Positions 24,410 through 36,902 of a stretch of 64,000 nucleotides of DNA are shown one piece after another. A program made the translations under genes and the position numbers. Below the pieces are notes generated by a model. The model was not told the DNA's origin. It made no database searches and was given only the letters and a program-made list of their open reading frames with translations. Position 1 is the first letter of the stretch. Each line of letters starts with the position of its first letter. The stretch spans positions 79,424,001-79,488,000 of the forward strand of contig NW_024704743.1 in NCBI RefSeq assembly GCF_018977255.1, given 5' to 3'. The stretch is from Callorhinchus milii. Taxonomy: Eukaryota.

Positions 24410-24822
24410 ATAACATCCTTTCATTTGATATAGCACCTTATCACAAGATGTCTCAAAGCACTTCGCAGAATATACTGTTGTAAAGCAATGTGACTGTGTG
24501 TATTTTGTGGCTGTGGTCAAATTGTGCACTGAAATGTCCCACAACAGCCATGAATTGAGTGACCAATTTTTTGGGGGGAATTTGTTGGCCAGGACACTGG
24601 GATAGAAAAATTCTCTTCTCAAATAGTGCCACGGGTTCTTTAACGTCCACCTAGACAGGACCTTCGCTTAACATCTCATCCTAAGACAGCACCCCCAGTA
24701 ATGCAGCACATCCCCTGCACTACCTTGGAGTGTCAGCAGAGACTGTGGTTTCCAAGTCCCGATGTGGTGATTGAACCCACAACCTTCTGACTCACCTGTG
24801 AAAGTGCTACCAATTGAGCCAA
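24410..24822 (-). mobile_element. Deu-domain SINE, near full length
   Basis: Head TTGAACCCACAACCTTCTGACTCACCTGTGAAAGTGCTACCAATTGAGCC, core TTTAACGTCCACCT, and GGCCAGGACACTGG (as read on +). Confidence 0.8.
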
Positions 24823-24954
24823 ATAGAAGTGAGTTTCTTTGTGCAATATTTCTTTTGGGTTTTGCAGCAGATGTTCCTCCACACAGCACCCCACCATAGG
24901 CCCCCCGCATGCCCCACACCCCCCACCCAACACACACACTCCCTCTGTGTGACA

Positions 24955-25066
24955 TTCTTGAAATGTTAATAAATAACACCCCTCCCTCTATCAACTCTAT
25001 AAATAACATCCTTTCATTTGATATAGCACCTTATCACGAGATGTCTGAAAGCGCTTCGCAGAATAT
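24955..25066 (+). repeat. Local direct duplication of 24358-24473
   Basis: About 112 bp near-identical to the first copy, including the non-repeat flank TTCTTGAAATGTTAATAAATAACACCCCTCCCTCTATCAACTC. Confidence 0.9.
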
Positions 25067-26309
25067 GCTGCAGCACTATGCTGCTGTAATCAGAACAGCA
25101 CATAGAACAGCAAAACCCTTTGAACATCTGGGCAATATTTTTCATGCCCACTGTACATCCGCTATCAGTGACAGTCTTTGGTTTGCTTCCAGAGCACTTC
25201 ACGCTCCTCTTAGTGCACTTTATTTGCTCTGTCCATGTCGAGATTTTTTCTACATTTTACTGAAATCTTGTGGGTACTGGGATTGAAGAGAACAGATTTA
25301 ATTCAGTCACCAGTGCCAGGAAGTGGAAGTGTGGTGGGTTTATAAATTTTCCACAGATGTGAGGATTTTGCCTATTCAATATACTCATCAAAGAATGAAA
25401 GCTCTGTAATTTTCTCTATAGCTGGATCCTCTGGCATGTTCTTCTTTGTTCTTAAAAGTATAGAAAACCCTCTAATTTTATATTGCCCTCACTTTTCTCC
25501 CCTTCTGCTCTCCCTGGGGAGCACACTTCCTGCTGGTGGCTTGCTCCCAGGTTTTCAGTGCCTTGAGACATCCTCCCGATGTGAAAGGTGCTCTATAAAT
25601 GTAATTTTGTTGTTGTTGTTATTTGTGCCTATGAGTTGACTGTATGATAGGCAGGCAGGATCTCTGTAGGGAGGCAGCTAACCATTGCTTGGCATGTATC
25701 AACAGTCACTTGGCTGAAGTCAAGCACCCAGGAGACTGGAGGATCCAGCCTTCAACTCATTGTTCACACCCAGTGGTGCTGTAATGTATATTACGCTGGG
25801 TTAGCCTGTGGAGATCTCACACACTTTTTTAGTACAAACTTTATTAAAGTTCAGACGTCATCCGTGCAATTGGAAATTGTCCGATATGTTTCAATTATAG
25901 TACCCGGATTTCACACGATCGCAAGATAAGTTTAGATGACGAAAGCCCTTCAGCCCATTTGATCTCAGTACCTTATCACATTGAAGTGTCTCAAAGTGCT
26001 TTACACAATGAATTACTAGACTCATGAGTTATTAGTGTAATAATTATTGTTACATGTGCAAATGGGGCAATTAATATGTGTTAGCAATACCCACAAACTA
26101 TAATGACACCAATGACTAATTTGATTTGTATTTTTGTGCCAGAGCGTCATTGTTTTTCTTCGAAATATGGGATCTTTATTATCCTGCTAGACAGATGGTC
26201 AGTATCTCAATTTAACGGCTTATCTGAAAGTCAGCAGCGCCCACAAAGCACTGCTCCCTTAGTACTGTTCTGAAGTGCCCGTCTAGATAATGAGCTTGTG
26301 TACTGGTGC

Positions 26310-27020
26310 AAGCTCAGAACCTATCTATCTCTTTTTAAACATCCCAAGTGACTCTGCCTCTGCGGATTTCTACAGACAATGTATTTCATATTTTTACAAC
26401 CTTTTGTGTGGAGAAATATTTCTGATCTCACTGTTAATCTGTTTAGCTCTAATTTTAATTCTAATTCTAATGTCTCTTTGTTTTTGATCCCTTCACCATA
26501 GGCAACGGATGTCCCCTGCTAGCTTGTCAATGCCCTTCATTATTTTAAAGACCTTAATCAGACCACCCCTTAATCTCCCCATCTCCAGTGAATATCACCC
26601 AAGTTTATCCAGCCTTACATCATCTAAATCCTTTCATCCCAGATATGCAACTAGTGGATTGCTCCTGGATGCCCTCAAGGCCTTGCACTCCCTAAGGTTG
26701 GCACCCAAAATACAATACAATACCAATCCTTTATATTCCGGCAGCCTATTTGTCTTTTTGATTGTTTTCTGCACCTGCAAACTAGCTTTTAACAATTTAT
26801 GCTGGTGGACCCCAAATCCTTTGTTCATCTTTCTGCTGCCATGCTTCCCAATTTAGGATATATTTCTATTTGCCGTTCTTCTTCCATCCAATTATGTAAG
26901 ACCTCGCACTTTGCTATGTTGAATTTCATCTGCCATATTCCCACCCACTCATTTAATCTATCAGTGACCTTTGTCAATTTCCTGCTCTTCTCATGACAAT
27001 TTATTACACCCTGTAGCATA
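26310..27020 (-). mobile_element. CR1 LINE fragment
   Basis: ORF 26825-27019 contains DRLNEWVGIWQMKFNIAKCEVLH. Confidence 0.85.
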
Positions 27021-27264
27021 ACCTCCTGTCTCCCACCTCTTCAGTAATAATAATTATGTTGCACAGGGAACAGTGTATCATCCCTCTTGATGTATCAGGG
27101 AAAAGCCTCTTTACGTCTGTCTCAGTCCCTCCAGGAGGCAGCGATGCTGTAAAGTAAATGTTCTTTTACTTATGGGACTTTGTATGTAATCCTTTAATAT
27201 CCTCACAGTTTCTATAGAGTTAATAGAGGAGGGTAGTGGGATCAGGGTTGGGTGGGATCGGGTG

Positions 27265-28610
27265 AGGGGTTGATATAGGGTTAGCAAGTCACAGAGGTAG
27301 GAAGCAGCAAAGTTGTGGAGGGGCATTGAAAGTGAGGACAAGGATTTTAAATTCTATCCTCTGGGGTATGGGGAGCCAGGCATGGGTGGGGGTAATAGGT
27401 TCATGGCGCCTGCTGCAGGAGAGGACATGAGCTGCAGAATTCTGGATGATCTGCAGTTTGTGGAGGAAAGAGTTTGGAAGCCTGACAAGCAGGGAGTTTG
27501 TGTAGTCGAGCCTAGATGTGATAAATGCGTGGGTAAGAGTTTTAGCGGCCTGACAGGAGAGGCAATGGCGAAGCTTGGCGATTTTGTGGAGGTGGGGGAA
27601 GGCAGAGTGGGTTATGGTAGGGATGTGGAGTAGAAAGGACAGTTGAGGGTCAAACAAGATGCCAAAGTTCCAGTCTGGCTCAGTGAGGTGGAGCGTGCAT
27701 CCATAGATGGTGATGCGGCCAGTGCCTAAGATGTGGAGATATTGACAGTAGCCAATCAATAGGGCTTCATCTTGTTGACATCTCAGTCTCAACTGGAAAA
27801 AGGTGGCTCTCATCCAGCACTTGATGTCTGACAGATATTCTGTGAGGACAGCAGTGGTCCTGGAGTCAAGGGTGGGGCCAGAAAGATAGAGTTGAATGTC
27901 ATCTGCATACGTGTGAAGTTGACTCCATGTCTATGAATGTTGTCACCAAGAGAAAGCATGTACATGTTGAAGAGGAGAGAACCAAGGGCAGGACCCTGAG
28001 GAACACAGCACGAGACAATGCGGGCACTGGAGGAGAAGCTGTTTACGGAGACAAAGTGAAGACGGTGTGAAAGGTAGGAACTGAACCAGTCAAGGACAGA
28101 ACCATGATGGTTGAGGTGAGAGAAGAGGCAGTGGAGGAGAATAGAGTGCTTAACGGAAACAATGCCAGCAGAGAAGTGAAGGAGGATGAGGAGACAGAGG
28201 GAGCTCTGCTTACAGATGGACAAAATGTAATTTGTCACTTTGACCAGAGTTGTTTCTGTGCTGTGAGCAACAAGGAAACCCAATTGGAGGGGTTCGTAGA
28301 GGGAGTGGTGGGAGAGGAAGGAGCAAAGCTGGGAAGCAATGACTCATTCCAGGACCTTGGAAAGGAAAGGGAGGTTGGAGATGGATGGATAGTTGGAGAG
28401 CAGGAATGGGTCCAGAGAAAGTTTTTTGAGGATCGGAGTGATGACGTCTGTTTTTAAGGGTGTGGGAACAGTGCAAGTGGACAGGGAGAGGCTGAAGATA
28501 TCTGTGAATAGAGGGGGAAGGAGGTGGAGCTGGGAAATAAGGAGAAAGGTAGGGATGGGAGCGAGGGAGCAGTTTGTGGGTTTCATATGGGTAAGCTGTA
28601 GGTTGTGGTC
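27265..28610 (-). mobile_element. L2 LINE with degenerate RT domain
   Basis: Motifs SNYPSISNLPFLSKVLE, HSTETTLVKVTN..VPQGPALGSLLFNMYM and HAFITSRLDYTNSLL. Confidence 0.93.
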
Positions 28611-29204
28611 ATATTTCCTGTCCATCTTTTCCTAACTCACTGTCTTGTTCATCTGAGTGTGACTTTGTATTTAGACAACAGTAGTGATGATTCAAGTAAG
28701 ATAAGCAGGGACAATCGCTGTCTATTCTGTGGGAATCATCATCCTTGCGCATGGAGAAAAGTCCTACTAACCTTACACTGAAGGAAGGGATTTCAGCCAC
28801 CACCTCAAAGGTTGTGATTTCCGCTCTTTACAGTTACAGCAATTTTAGGGCAGACAACAAGAAGTGTTTCTTTACACAGGTAATGAATAGGGAGAATGGG
28901 TTAACAGGAAGTCTGGTAGAGGCCATGCCACTGAATTCATTTCAGAAAAGTTGCAATGGGAAGAAGTTGGGTTACTATTCTGAAAGGATAAGATCAAATT
29001 TGGCTGCCAGTTTGCCCACAAAAATGCAATCATGTCACTTTACAGTAAACACTGTGAAGAGCTTTAAGATATCCTCCCAATATGAAAGGCTCTATACTAA
29101 ATGTAAGAATTATTATTATTATAAGGATGAAAAAGATTGTGGACAGTTCCTGTAGCACTTCTCAGGGATCTGCTTCCTCACAGAGAATTACAGTGACCTG
29201 GCTA

Positions 29205-29607
29205 CCCTTGTTCTTATCTTCAAGGCCTTCATGGTCTTGGTCTTCCTACCTCTGCGACCTCATAAGCCTATATCAGCCTGTCCGATCCCTCCATTTGGTG
29301 AACACCAGCCTGCTTCAGGTCCCCCACACTTCCCCCCCCACCATTGGTGGTCGGTCATTCAGCATCTCTGCCCCCACACTCTGGAACTCTATTGCACAAT
29401 CCCTCTGCCTCATCCCCTCTCTAGCCTCCTTCAAGTCCCGCGTAAGACCTTCCTCTTCGACCGTAGCTTCGGCCACCCTCCCACCCCCACCGCCCCTGCC
29501 TTCCTCCCCTTCTAACCCCAAATCAGGTCCAAAACCCCTCATTGTCCAGCAGCCTGAGACGTCTTTCTGACATGAAGGGCGCGATACAAGTGTCATTTGT
29601 TGTTGTT
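29205..29607 (+). mobile_element. L2 LINE 3' fragment
   Basis: TIGGRSFSISAPTLWNSIAQSLCLIPSLASFKS, followed by a TTGTTGTTG tail. Confidence 0.9.
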
Positions 29608-29614
29608 ACTGGAA

Positions 29615-30955
29615 TCTCTCATCAGGGACAGAGTAACTGAGCACTTGGACAAGTATGAGCTAATCAAAGAGAGTCAACATGGATTTGTGAGGAGTAGGAC
29701 ATGTCAGACAAATCTAATTTAATTGTTTGAGGAGGTCACTAACATGGTGGATAAGGGAGAGTCTATAGATGTTGTCGACATGGACTTCCAGAAGGCATTT
29801 GATAAGCTTCTGCAGAAGAGGCTATTAGCAAAAATAAAAGTTCATAGTATCGGAGGTAACCTTGCAATGTGGTTTGGTACTTGGATGGGAGGCAGGAAAT
29901 AGAGAGTTGGGATCAAAGGAAAGTTCTCTGTTTGGCATGACGTGACAAGTGGTAATCCCCAGGTGTTTGTATTGGGGTCTCAGCTTTTCATCATATATAT
30001 AAATTACTTGTTTGAAAGAATAGAGAGTTTTGTATCCAAATTTCCAGGTGACACAAAGTTAGGAGGCACAGTAAATTGTTTAGATGGGAGCAGGAAGTCA
30101 CAATGGGACTTAGATTAAGTGAGTGCAAAACTGTGGCAGATAGAATTCAATGTGGGGAAGTGTGAAATCATTCACTAAGGATCCAAAATAGCAAAACAGA
30201 ATATTTCTAAATGGTGAGAAATTAAGAGATGTGGAAGAGCAAAGCAATTTGAATGTCCATGTACACAAATCACGAAGAACAAGCTCACAGGTACAAAAAA
30301 AATCAAAAGGGCTAATGGGATGTTGACCTTTATCTCAATGGAGTTGGAATATAAAGGAGAAGAAATGATGCTTCAACTACCTAAGGCCTTGGCCAGACCC
30401 CATTGGAGTACTGTGTTCAGTTTTGGGCACTGCATCTCAGGAATGATATATTGGCTCTGGAGGGGGTGCAATGCAGATTCACCAGAATGATACCAGGTTG
30501 TAAAGGGTTAAATTATGAGGACAGGTTGCACAAACTTGGTCTGTATTCCCTTGAGTTTAGAAGGTTGAAGGGTGATCTGATTGAGGTTCTTAAAAATAAT
30601 ATAGAGATTCGATAGGGTAGATACAGAGAAACTATTTTCTCTGGTAAGGAATTCCAGAACAAGGGGTCATCATCTTAAAAATAGAGCTAGGCCATTTAGG
30701 AACGAAATTAGAAGGCAGTTTTTCACCCAAACAGTAATGGAAATCTGGAACTTTCTACCCCAAAAGGTTGTGGATGCTAGATCGATTCACATCTTCAAGA
30801 TTGAGATGGATAGCTATTTGTTAGGTCAGGGTATTAAGGGATATGTGACAAGGGTGGGTAATTGGACTTGAGGTACAGATCAGCCATGATCTTATAGAAA
30901 CGTGGAACAGGCTTGAGGGGTTCAATGGCCTACTCCTATTTCTATGTTTCTATGG
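29615..30955 (+). mobile_element. CR1 LINE, about 1.3 kb, degenerate RT domain to 3' UTR
   Basis: AGTCAACATGGATTT (SQHGF) and GACTTCCAGAAGGCATTTGATAAG (DFQKAFDK). ORF 30403-30615 reads EYCVQFWA..RRLKGDLIEV. The tail is GGCCTACTCCTATTTCTATGTTTCTATG. Confidence 0.93.
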
Positions 30956-30990
30956 AAGCCATTGCTTGAAGTCCTGCAACCTGTCATTTA

Positions 30991-31162
30991 GTGCCTTCAG
31001 CTCCCCTCTCGACTCTCTACCCCCTCCTCGCTCCCTCCCTTCCCTCCCCTCACCCTGACCATTTCCCCCCTGCTCGGGTCCTGACCCAACTGTACAGCGC
31101 CTTGAGACGTCCTCCCAACGTGAAAGGCGCTCAATAAATGGAATCTTGTTGTTGTTGTTGTT
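30991..31162 (+). mobile_element. L2 3' end, same subfamily as 17680-18470
   Basis: Near-identical 3' UTR CTCACCCTGACCATTTCCCCCCTGCTCGGGTCCTGACCCAACTGT, followed by (TTG)n. Confidence 0.88.
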
Positions 31163-32861
31163 TATAGGTGAAAGGGTTAAGAATAAACTATTTGATCATT
31201 GATTGAGTCTGGTGCCTTCATTTCATGTACTTTTCCCACATTTCCATTCTTTTTCTCTCTGCAGCAACGTCTGTCTTTCACCAGTGGTGCTGTCCCATGT
31301 GGAGACGTAACTATACACCATTCATTATAAGTGTGTTGAAGGGACTGATGTTGAAGTCTCCCTTTCTTCAAGGCTAATCTGGCCCTGAGCTTTTGATTTG
31401 CATTCTTAAAGGATTACTGGTTTTCATTTCCAAGAAGAAAAAAAATGGAGCTCTTACACTGAGCCTCGGAGAACCCTTTTCTGAAAAGATTATATTCACA
31501 TTACATGGGATTTTAAAAAGAAACTTAATTCATTCCTTTGATATTATAATCATTGAGAACTTCATAAGGCCCACTGGTTCTACCCTGCTGGATGCAGTTT
31601 ATAATCCACGTCTTCTGGTATGCTATGTCCTTGGTAATTGCACACTGCAAGTGCGAAATGTAATAATGAAAATTACTAGAGAATAAGGGAAAAATTCTTT
31701 TGAAATGTGACCTTTATTGATCACAGATGCTATTGAACACGGGAAGTATTTCCCCTGAGTTTCATGGTGGAAACAGTTGAAAAAGGTTTGGGTGGTCTGG
31801 CATTTTGTACTTTAACAGAATGTGTGTTTAAGCGCTCCGAGACACTACTCTCGTGAAGGGCGCTATATAAATGCAAGTTGTTGTTATGTTTTCTTTGAGA
31901 GAGAAATAATTTCCAAGTTAGCAATTTTTTGGAATTATTCTTTGACTCTATTTTCATAGCATTCGGTAAGATTTGAATTTCCTGTTCCTCTACACTTTTG
32001 CAGTTCAGGCGTTGCTGATCTACTGTGTAACTGCAGTATTTGCGGGTTACAGACTTTCTGTCAATCACATTGACATCTGCTACTGTATGCCTGAGCGCTG
32101 GCCAATGAGGGAACAAGGCTACCTTCATGACTTCTTCAGTCTGTGAATGATGATTGATAGCGACTTGATCTCTACTTTGGGGAGTGAAAGACTGTGACTT
32201 TAAACAGGTAGAAGAATAGGACAAAAGCTCCACACACATTTGTTGGGAGAATGCCTTCGAATCCCAATTTTTGAGCCCAGTGAGCAACGCAGCCGCAGCT
32301 GAATGAAAAATGCATTAATGCACGGACAAATGTATTAATTTATGATTAATTTTATATAAATCTCTTCATCTGCATGAATTTAAAAAGGTTTTGGTTCCCA
32401 ATATTTACTTCCATGACATTTTAGCTTATTTGAGACAAACCCCAAGTAGAAGGAAAAAAAGTGAGCCCAAGACAGTGTGCAATTACTGAGTAATGACTGT
32501 TTATATACAAATCACACCATTCCAATGAACTGTAAAAGCCAGGCCCAAAATTCAGCTTTTAATTCAATGGCACCAAATCGTAGGATTCTGTGTGTCAATA
32601 CTCCACACAGAAAAACAGTGAAATGATGACCTGCTGAAAGTCGTGACTTTTGTTTACATGTTTTTACTATTGTTATGTAAGCGGGCAAGTAACTTTATCT
32701 GTTTATGTAAAAATACAGTAATTGCTGGGTATGGATCTAATTCATCAATAATGTAAAGTAATAATAAAATAATAATAATCATTTCAGTTGATATAGTGCC
32801 TTTCACATTGGAGGACATCTAAAGGATTTACTGTGTAATGACTATGTATTTTATAGGCCAA

Positions 32862-34395
32862 TACAATACAAAATTACGTTTGTACAACGCCTTTCACATT
32901 GGGAGGATGTCCCAAGGCTCTGGACAGTTAGGGATTTGGACCCAAGCGGGGTCGGGGGAGAAGGGATTGGGATCACGGAGGTTTGAGGGCAGATAGGGTA
33001 GGAAGGTGGCCGAAGGCACGGTTGAAGACAAGAGTCTTGAGACATGCCTTGAAGGAGGAAAGGGAGGGAGCATGGCAAAGGGACTGTGGGATGTAGTTCC
33101 AAAGGGTGGGGGCTAAGAGGCTGAAGGCCCAACTGCCAATGGTAGGGCGGGGTGGACGGGGGACAAGGGAGCAAGCAGGTTGATAATGGATTAGCAGGTC
33201 ACAGTGGTAGAAATGGGCTAGGCCGTGAATGGACTTGAAGGTGAAGACGAGGAGTTTGAACTCCATCCTCTGAGAGATGGGGAGCCAGTGGAGCCTGTTG
33301 AGGGTGGGTGTGATGGGGTCAGTTTTGGTCTCCTTATTTAAAAAAAGGACATACTTGCCCTAGAAGGGATGCAGCGTAGATTCACTAGTTTAGTTCCTGG
33401 GATGAAGGGACTGACCTATCTTCATAGGCTGAATAAACTAGGGCTGTATTCTCTAGAGTACAGAAGAATTAGGGGAGATTTTATTGAAACATATAAGATT
33501 CTTAAAGGGCTGGATAAAGTAGACACTGAGAGTCTGTTTCCCCTGGTAGGAGAATCTATAACCAGGGATCCCAGTCTTAAAATTAAGGGTCAGCCTTTTA
33601 GAACAGAGTTGAGGAAACATTTCTTCACTCAGAGGGTAGTGAATTTATGGAAGGGCTGTAGATGCTCAGTCCTTGAACATCTTCAAGGCTGAGACTGATA
33701 GATTTTTAAAAAAATAGAGGGAATAGGGGATATGGGGATAGGGCAGTTAATTAGAGTTAGGTCTGAAGATCAGCCATGATCTTATCAAATGGCGGGGCAG
33801 GCTCGAGGGGCCGAATGGCCTACTCCTGCTCCTAATTCTTATGTTCTTATGTTCATGAAGCCTTGTGCAGGAGAGGACACAAAGCTGCAGAATTCTAGAT
33901 GATCTGCAGCTTGTGGAGGGAAGAGTTGTGAAGGCCGACCAGCAGGAAATTGGCATAGTCGAGCCTAGATGTGGGGTGAGGCAGTGGCAGAGGCGAGCGA
34001 TGTTGCGAAGTAGGGGGAAGGCAGAGGCGGGTCATGGCACGGACGTAGGATAGAAAGGATACTTGAGGGTTAAACAAGATGCCAAGGTTCCGGACTGGAT
34101 CAGTGAGGTGGAGTGTGCATCCCTGAATGGTAATGCTGTCAGTGCCTGAAGTGTGGAGGCGCTGATGGGAGCCAATCAGGAGGGCCTCGGTCTTGTTGAA
34201 GTTCAACTGAAGAACGTTAGCTCTCATCCAGGACTTGATATCTGACAGACATTCTGTGAGGATAGCAGTGACCCTGGAGTTGAGGGTGGATGCAGAGAGG
34301 TAGAGCTGTGTGTAATGTCTATGGATGTTGTCATCAAGAGGGAGCATGTACAAGTTGAAGAGGAAAGGACCAAGGACACAGCCCTGAGGAACACC
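32862..34395 (-). mobile_element. L2 LINE interrupted by a CR1 (33320-33852)
   Basis: ORFs 33895-34353 (QLYLS..DIKSWMRANVLQLN) and 32973-33266 (WNYIPQSL..FKACLKT) flank the CR1. Confidence 0.92.
33320..33852 (+). mobile_element. CR1 LINE 3' fragment nested in L2
   Basis: ORF 33369-33692 reads QRRFT..LEYRRIRGDFIETYKILKG..FFTQRVVNLW. The tail is TTCTTATGTTCTTATGTT. Confidence 0.93.
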
Positions 34396-34534
34396 ATTTC
34401 ACACTTCACTGCAATTACTTGAGAAACCCATGGGGATATTTTGACATGATAAGGCATGCTTTCTTTCACCAGTAAGGTTGAAAAAACCAGTAGAGAGTTG
34501 AGAAAATCATGTGCATTCAAAATCCCAAATTGTC

Positions 34535-34795
34535 TGGATGAGACGTGAAACTATTTAGGTGGTTGCTAAAGATCCCGTGGCATTATTCGAAAACAGAAAG
34601 GAGTTTCTCTCATTGTCCTGGCCAACAAACTCACAGAGAAAAATGAATGATCATTCATTTTGTTGCTGTTTGTGAGACATTGCTGTGGACAAATTGTCTC
34701 CCACATTTGTGTGAAAAATGCACTCACTACACTACGTAGTCATTACACAGATAAAACGTTATGTAGTGCTTTTAGATAATCAAGTACAAGGATTT
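34535..34795 (+). mobile_element. Deu-domain SINE fragment
   Basis: GGATGAGACGTGAAAC..AAAGATCCCGTGGCATT..TGTCCTGGCCAAC. Confidence 0.7.
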
Positions 34796-35094
34796 TCTTT
34801 GTAATTTTAAAAAGATGTCCTAAGGGTTTGCTAAACTGGACTGGGTCAGTAATGTTTGAGTTCAGATCTGTTTGTGTTTGCATTTCATTCTGGTGCTCAT
34901 TACTACACGTGACAATCTTATCGCCAGCAGCTGACTATCTCTGCCTATATACAGTATATAGTTCTATGTTTAAATACAAAAAAAACTTTGCATAAACTCC
35001 TGTCCTTCTGTGCTGTTTACTAAAGATCAGCCAGATGTGCGGCAAAAAAATTAATACAAGCCTGTCAATCATGCAAAGTCTAGAAATATACAAA

Positions 35095-35550
35095 TACAAC
35101 AAAACAACTTGCACTTATATAACTCCCTCCACGCAGGGTAGCGTCTCAGAGCGCTTAACAGTGGTGGAGCCTGACTCCGAGCCGAGGGGGAGGGGGAGGT
35201 GGCCGTAAGCACAGTCAAAGAGGAATGTTTTCAGGTGAGACTTGAAAGAAGGAAGAGAGGGGGTAGGGCAGAGGGATTGAGGGAGAATGTTGCAGACTTT
35301 TGGGGTATAGTGGCTGAAAGCGCGACCTCTGATGTTGGGGTGGAAGGTGCGAGGGACGAGCAGGAGGCCGGTGCCAGTCGAGCGGAGGCGCCGGCTAGTG
35401 GTTTGGGGAGTGAGGAGGTTGGAGAGGTAGGGAGGTGTCAGGGAGTGAAAGGATTTGAACACGAATGTGAGGACCTTGTAGTGGATCCATGCGGTAATGG
35501 GGAGCCTGTGGAGCCTGGCCAGAACTAGTGAGATGTGGGTACGGAGTATG
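35095..35550 (-). mobile_element. L2 LINE 3' fragment
   Basis: ORF 35115-35630 reads LARLHRLPITAWIHYKVL...SFKSHLKTFLF. Confidence 0.9.
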
Positions 35551-36224
35551 TGTGGAATATTGTGTGGAAGCAGCTCCTTGTGATTGTTGTCATGTGTATT
35601 TGATGTCCTTATAATGTCACTGTGCTCCAAAATTCATTGATCTTTGTTTTCCACGTGTTCAAAAGGCCACAGAGCTACTGAGAAGGTAAACAAGTTAATG
35701 ATATTTGACTTTTTGGACTCTAAACTTTTTACTGTGACCACAACAATTTATGTTTTGATCTCAGGAGCAATGGGTGCACAATTTTCTATGATATCAAAAA
35801 GAGGGTGAGCAATATGTTGCTGGTTTCATGATGACAATGCTACACCGCATGCAAGTACATTGTAAGCTATCACAAATGCCAGTACAGGCAGCACAATAGA
35901 CACAATCCATACAACACACATGCCTGCACATGCCAGCATACAAATGCATGTAACACACAACTTTCTGAAGTGAGTATTTTTCTTCTCTGGTAAATTAGAA
36001 GCCCGAGAGCGGCTTCTGAGCTATTTTTGTCGCGTTGATGTGTTGGTTTCTGGGGCGATCAATTCATTGGTCCTTCATCTCAGAGCTATTTATGGAATCT
36101 TGCAAATGCAAATCTTTCAGGACAAATACTACTGCAAATCTTTCTTTGCCACAACCAAGTTGATTGTTCAGGTGTGAACGAGCCTTGGTTGCAAATACGC
36201 AACTGTGAAAGCCATCACATCTCC

Positions 36225-36243
36225 TTTCACCACCTGGTGGCCA
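36225..36243 (-). promoter_or_regulatory. Candidate CTCF-binding motif
   Basis: The minus strand reads TGGCCACCAGGTGGTGAAA, close to the CTCF core CCACCAG(G/A)(G/T)GGC(A/G). Motif match only. Confidence 0.35.
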
Positions 36244-36299
36244 CGCATGCACATGTACCAGGGCCAAGGAGCAGGAACCCAGATGGCTTTCCCCTTTGT

Positions 36300-36902
36300 A
36301 CAACAACAGCAACAACAAAATTACATTTGTATACATTTCACGTCGGGAGGATGACCCAAGGCGGTGGACAGACAGTTACGGACCCGAGCTGAGGGTCAGG
36401 GTGGGAGAGGGTAGAGGACAATGGGGGAAGCAGGGAGATTGAAAGCACGGTCAAAGAGGAGGGTCTTGAGGTGGATCTTGAAGGTGGCGAGAGAGGGGGT
36501 GAGATGGAGGGACTGCGGTATGGCGTTCCAGAGCGTGAGTGTAGAGTGGCGGAAGGCCCGCCCACCGATGGTGGAGCGAGCGAGGCAGGGGACGTGAAGT
36601 AGGCCGGAGCCCACTGAGCGGAGGGAGCGAACAGGGTGATAGGGGGTTAGGAGGTCAGAGAGGTAGGGGGGAGCAAGACTGTGGAGGGCTTTGAAGGTGA
36701 GGACCAAGATCTTGAACTGTATCCTCTGGGTAATGGGAAGCCAGTGGAGTTGGGCAAGGATGGGGGTGATAGGGTCACAGAGCATAGTGCGGGGGAGGAC
36801 ACGGGCTGCAGAGTTCTGGATGATCTGCAGCATGTGGAGGGAGGAGTTGGTGAGGCCGACAAGCAGTGAGTTTGCATAGTTGAGCCTCGATGTAATGAAT
36901 CA
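36300..36902 (-). mobile_element. L2 LINE 3' fragment
   Basis: ORF 36396-36833 reads LQIIQNSAARVL..LHWLPITQRIQFKILVL..FKIHLKTLLF, with a (CAA)n tail. Confidence 0.93.

Noticed and set aside
31730..32287. 185-aa minus-strand ORF
   Set aside because: It has a non-ATG start and no recognisable homology, and it reads through an L2 tail (HNNNLHLYSAL). It is likely spurious.
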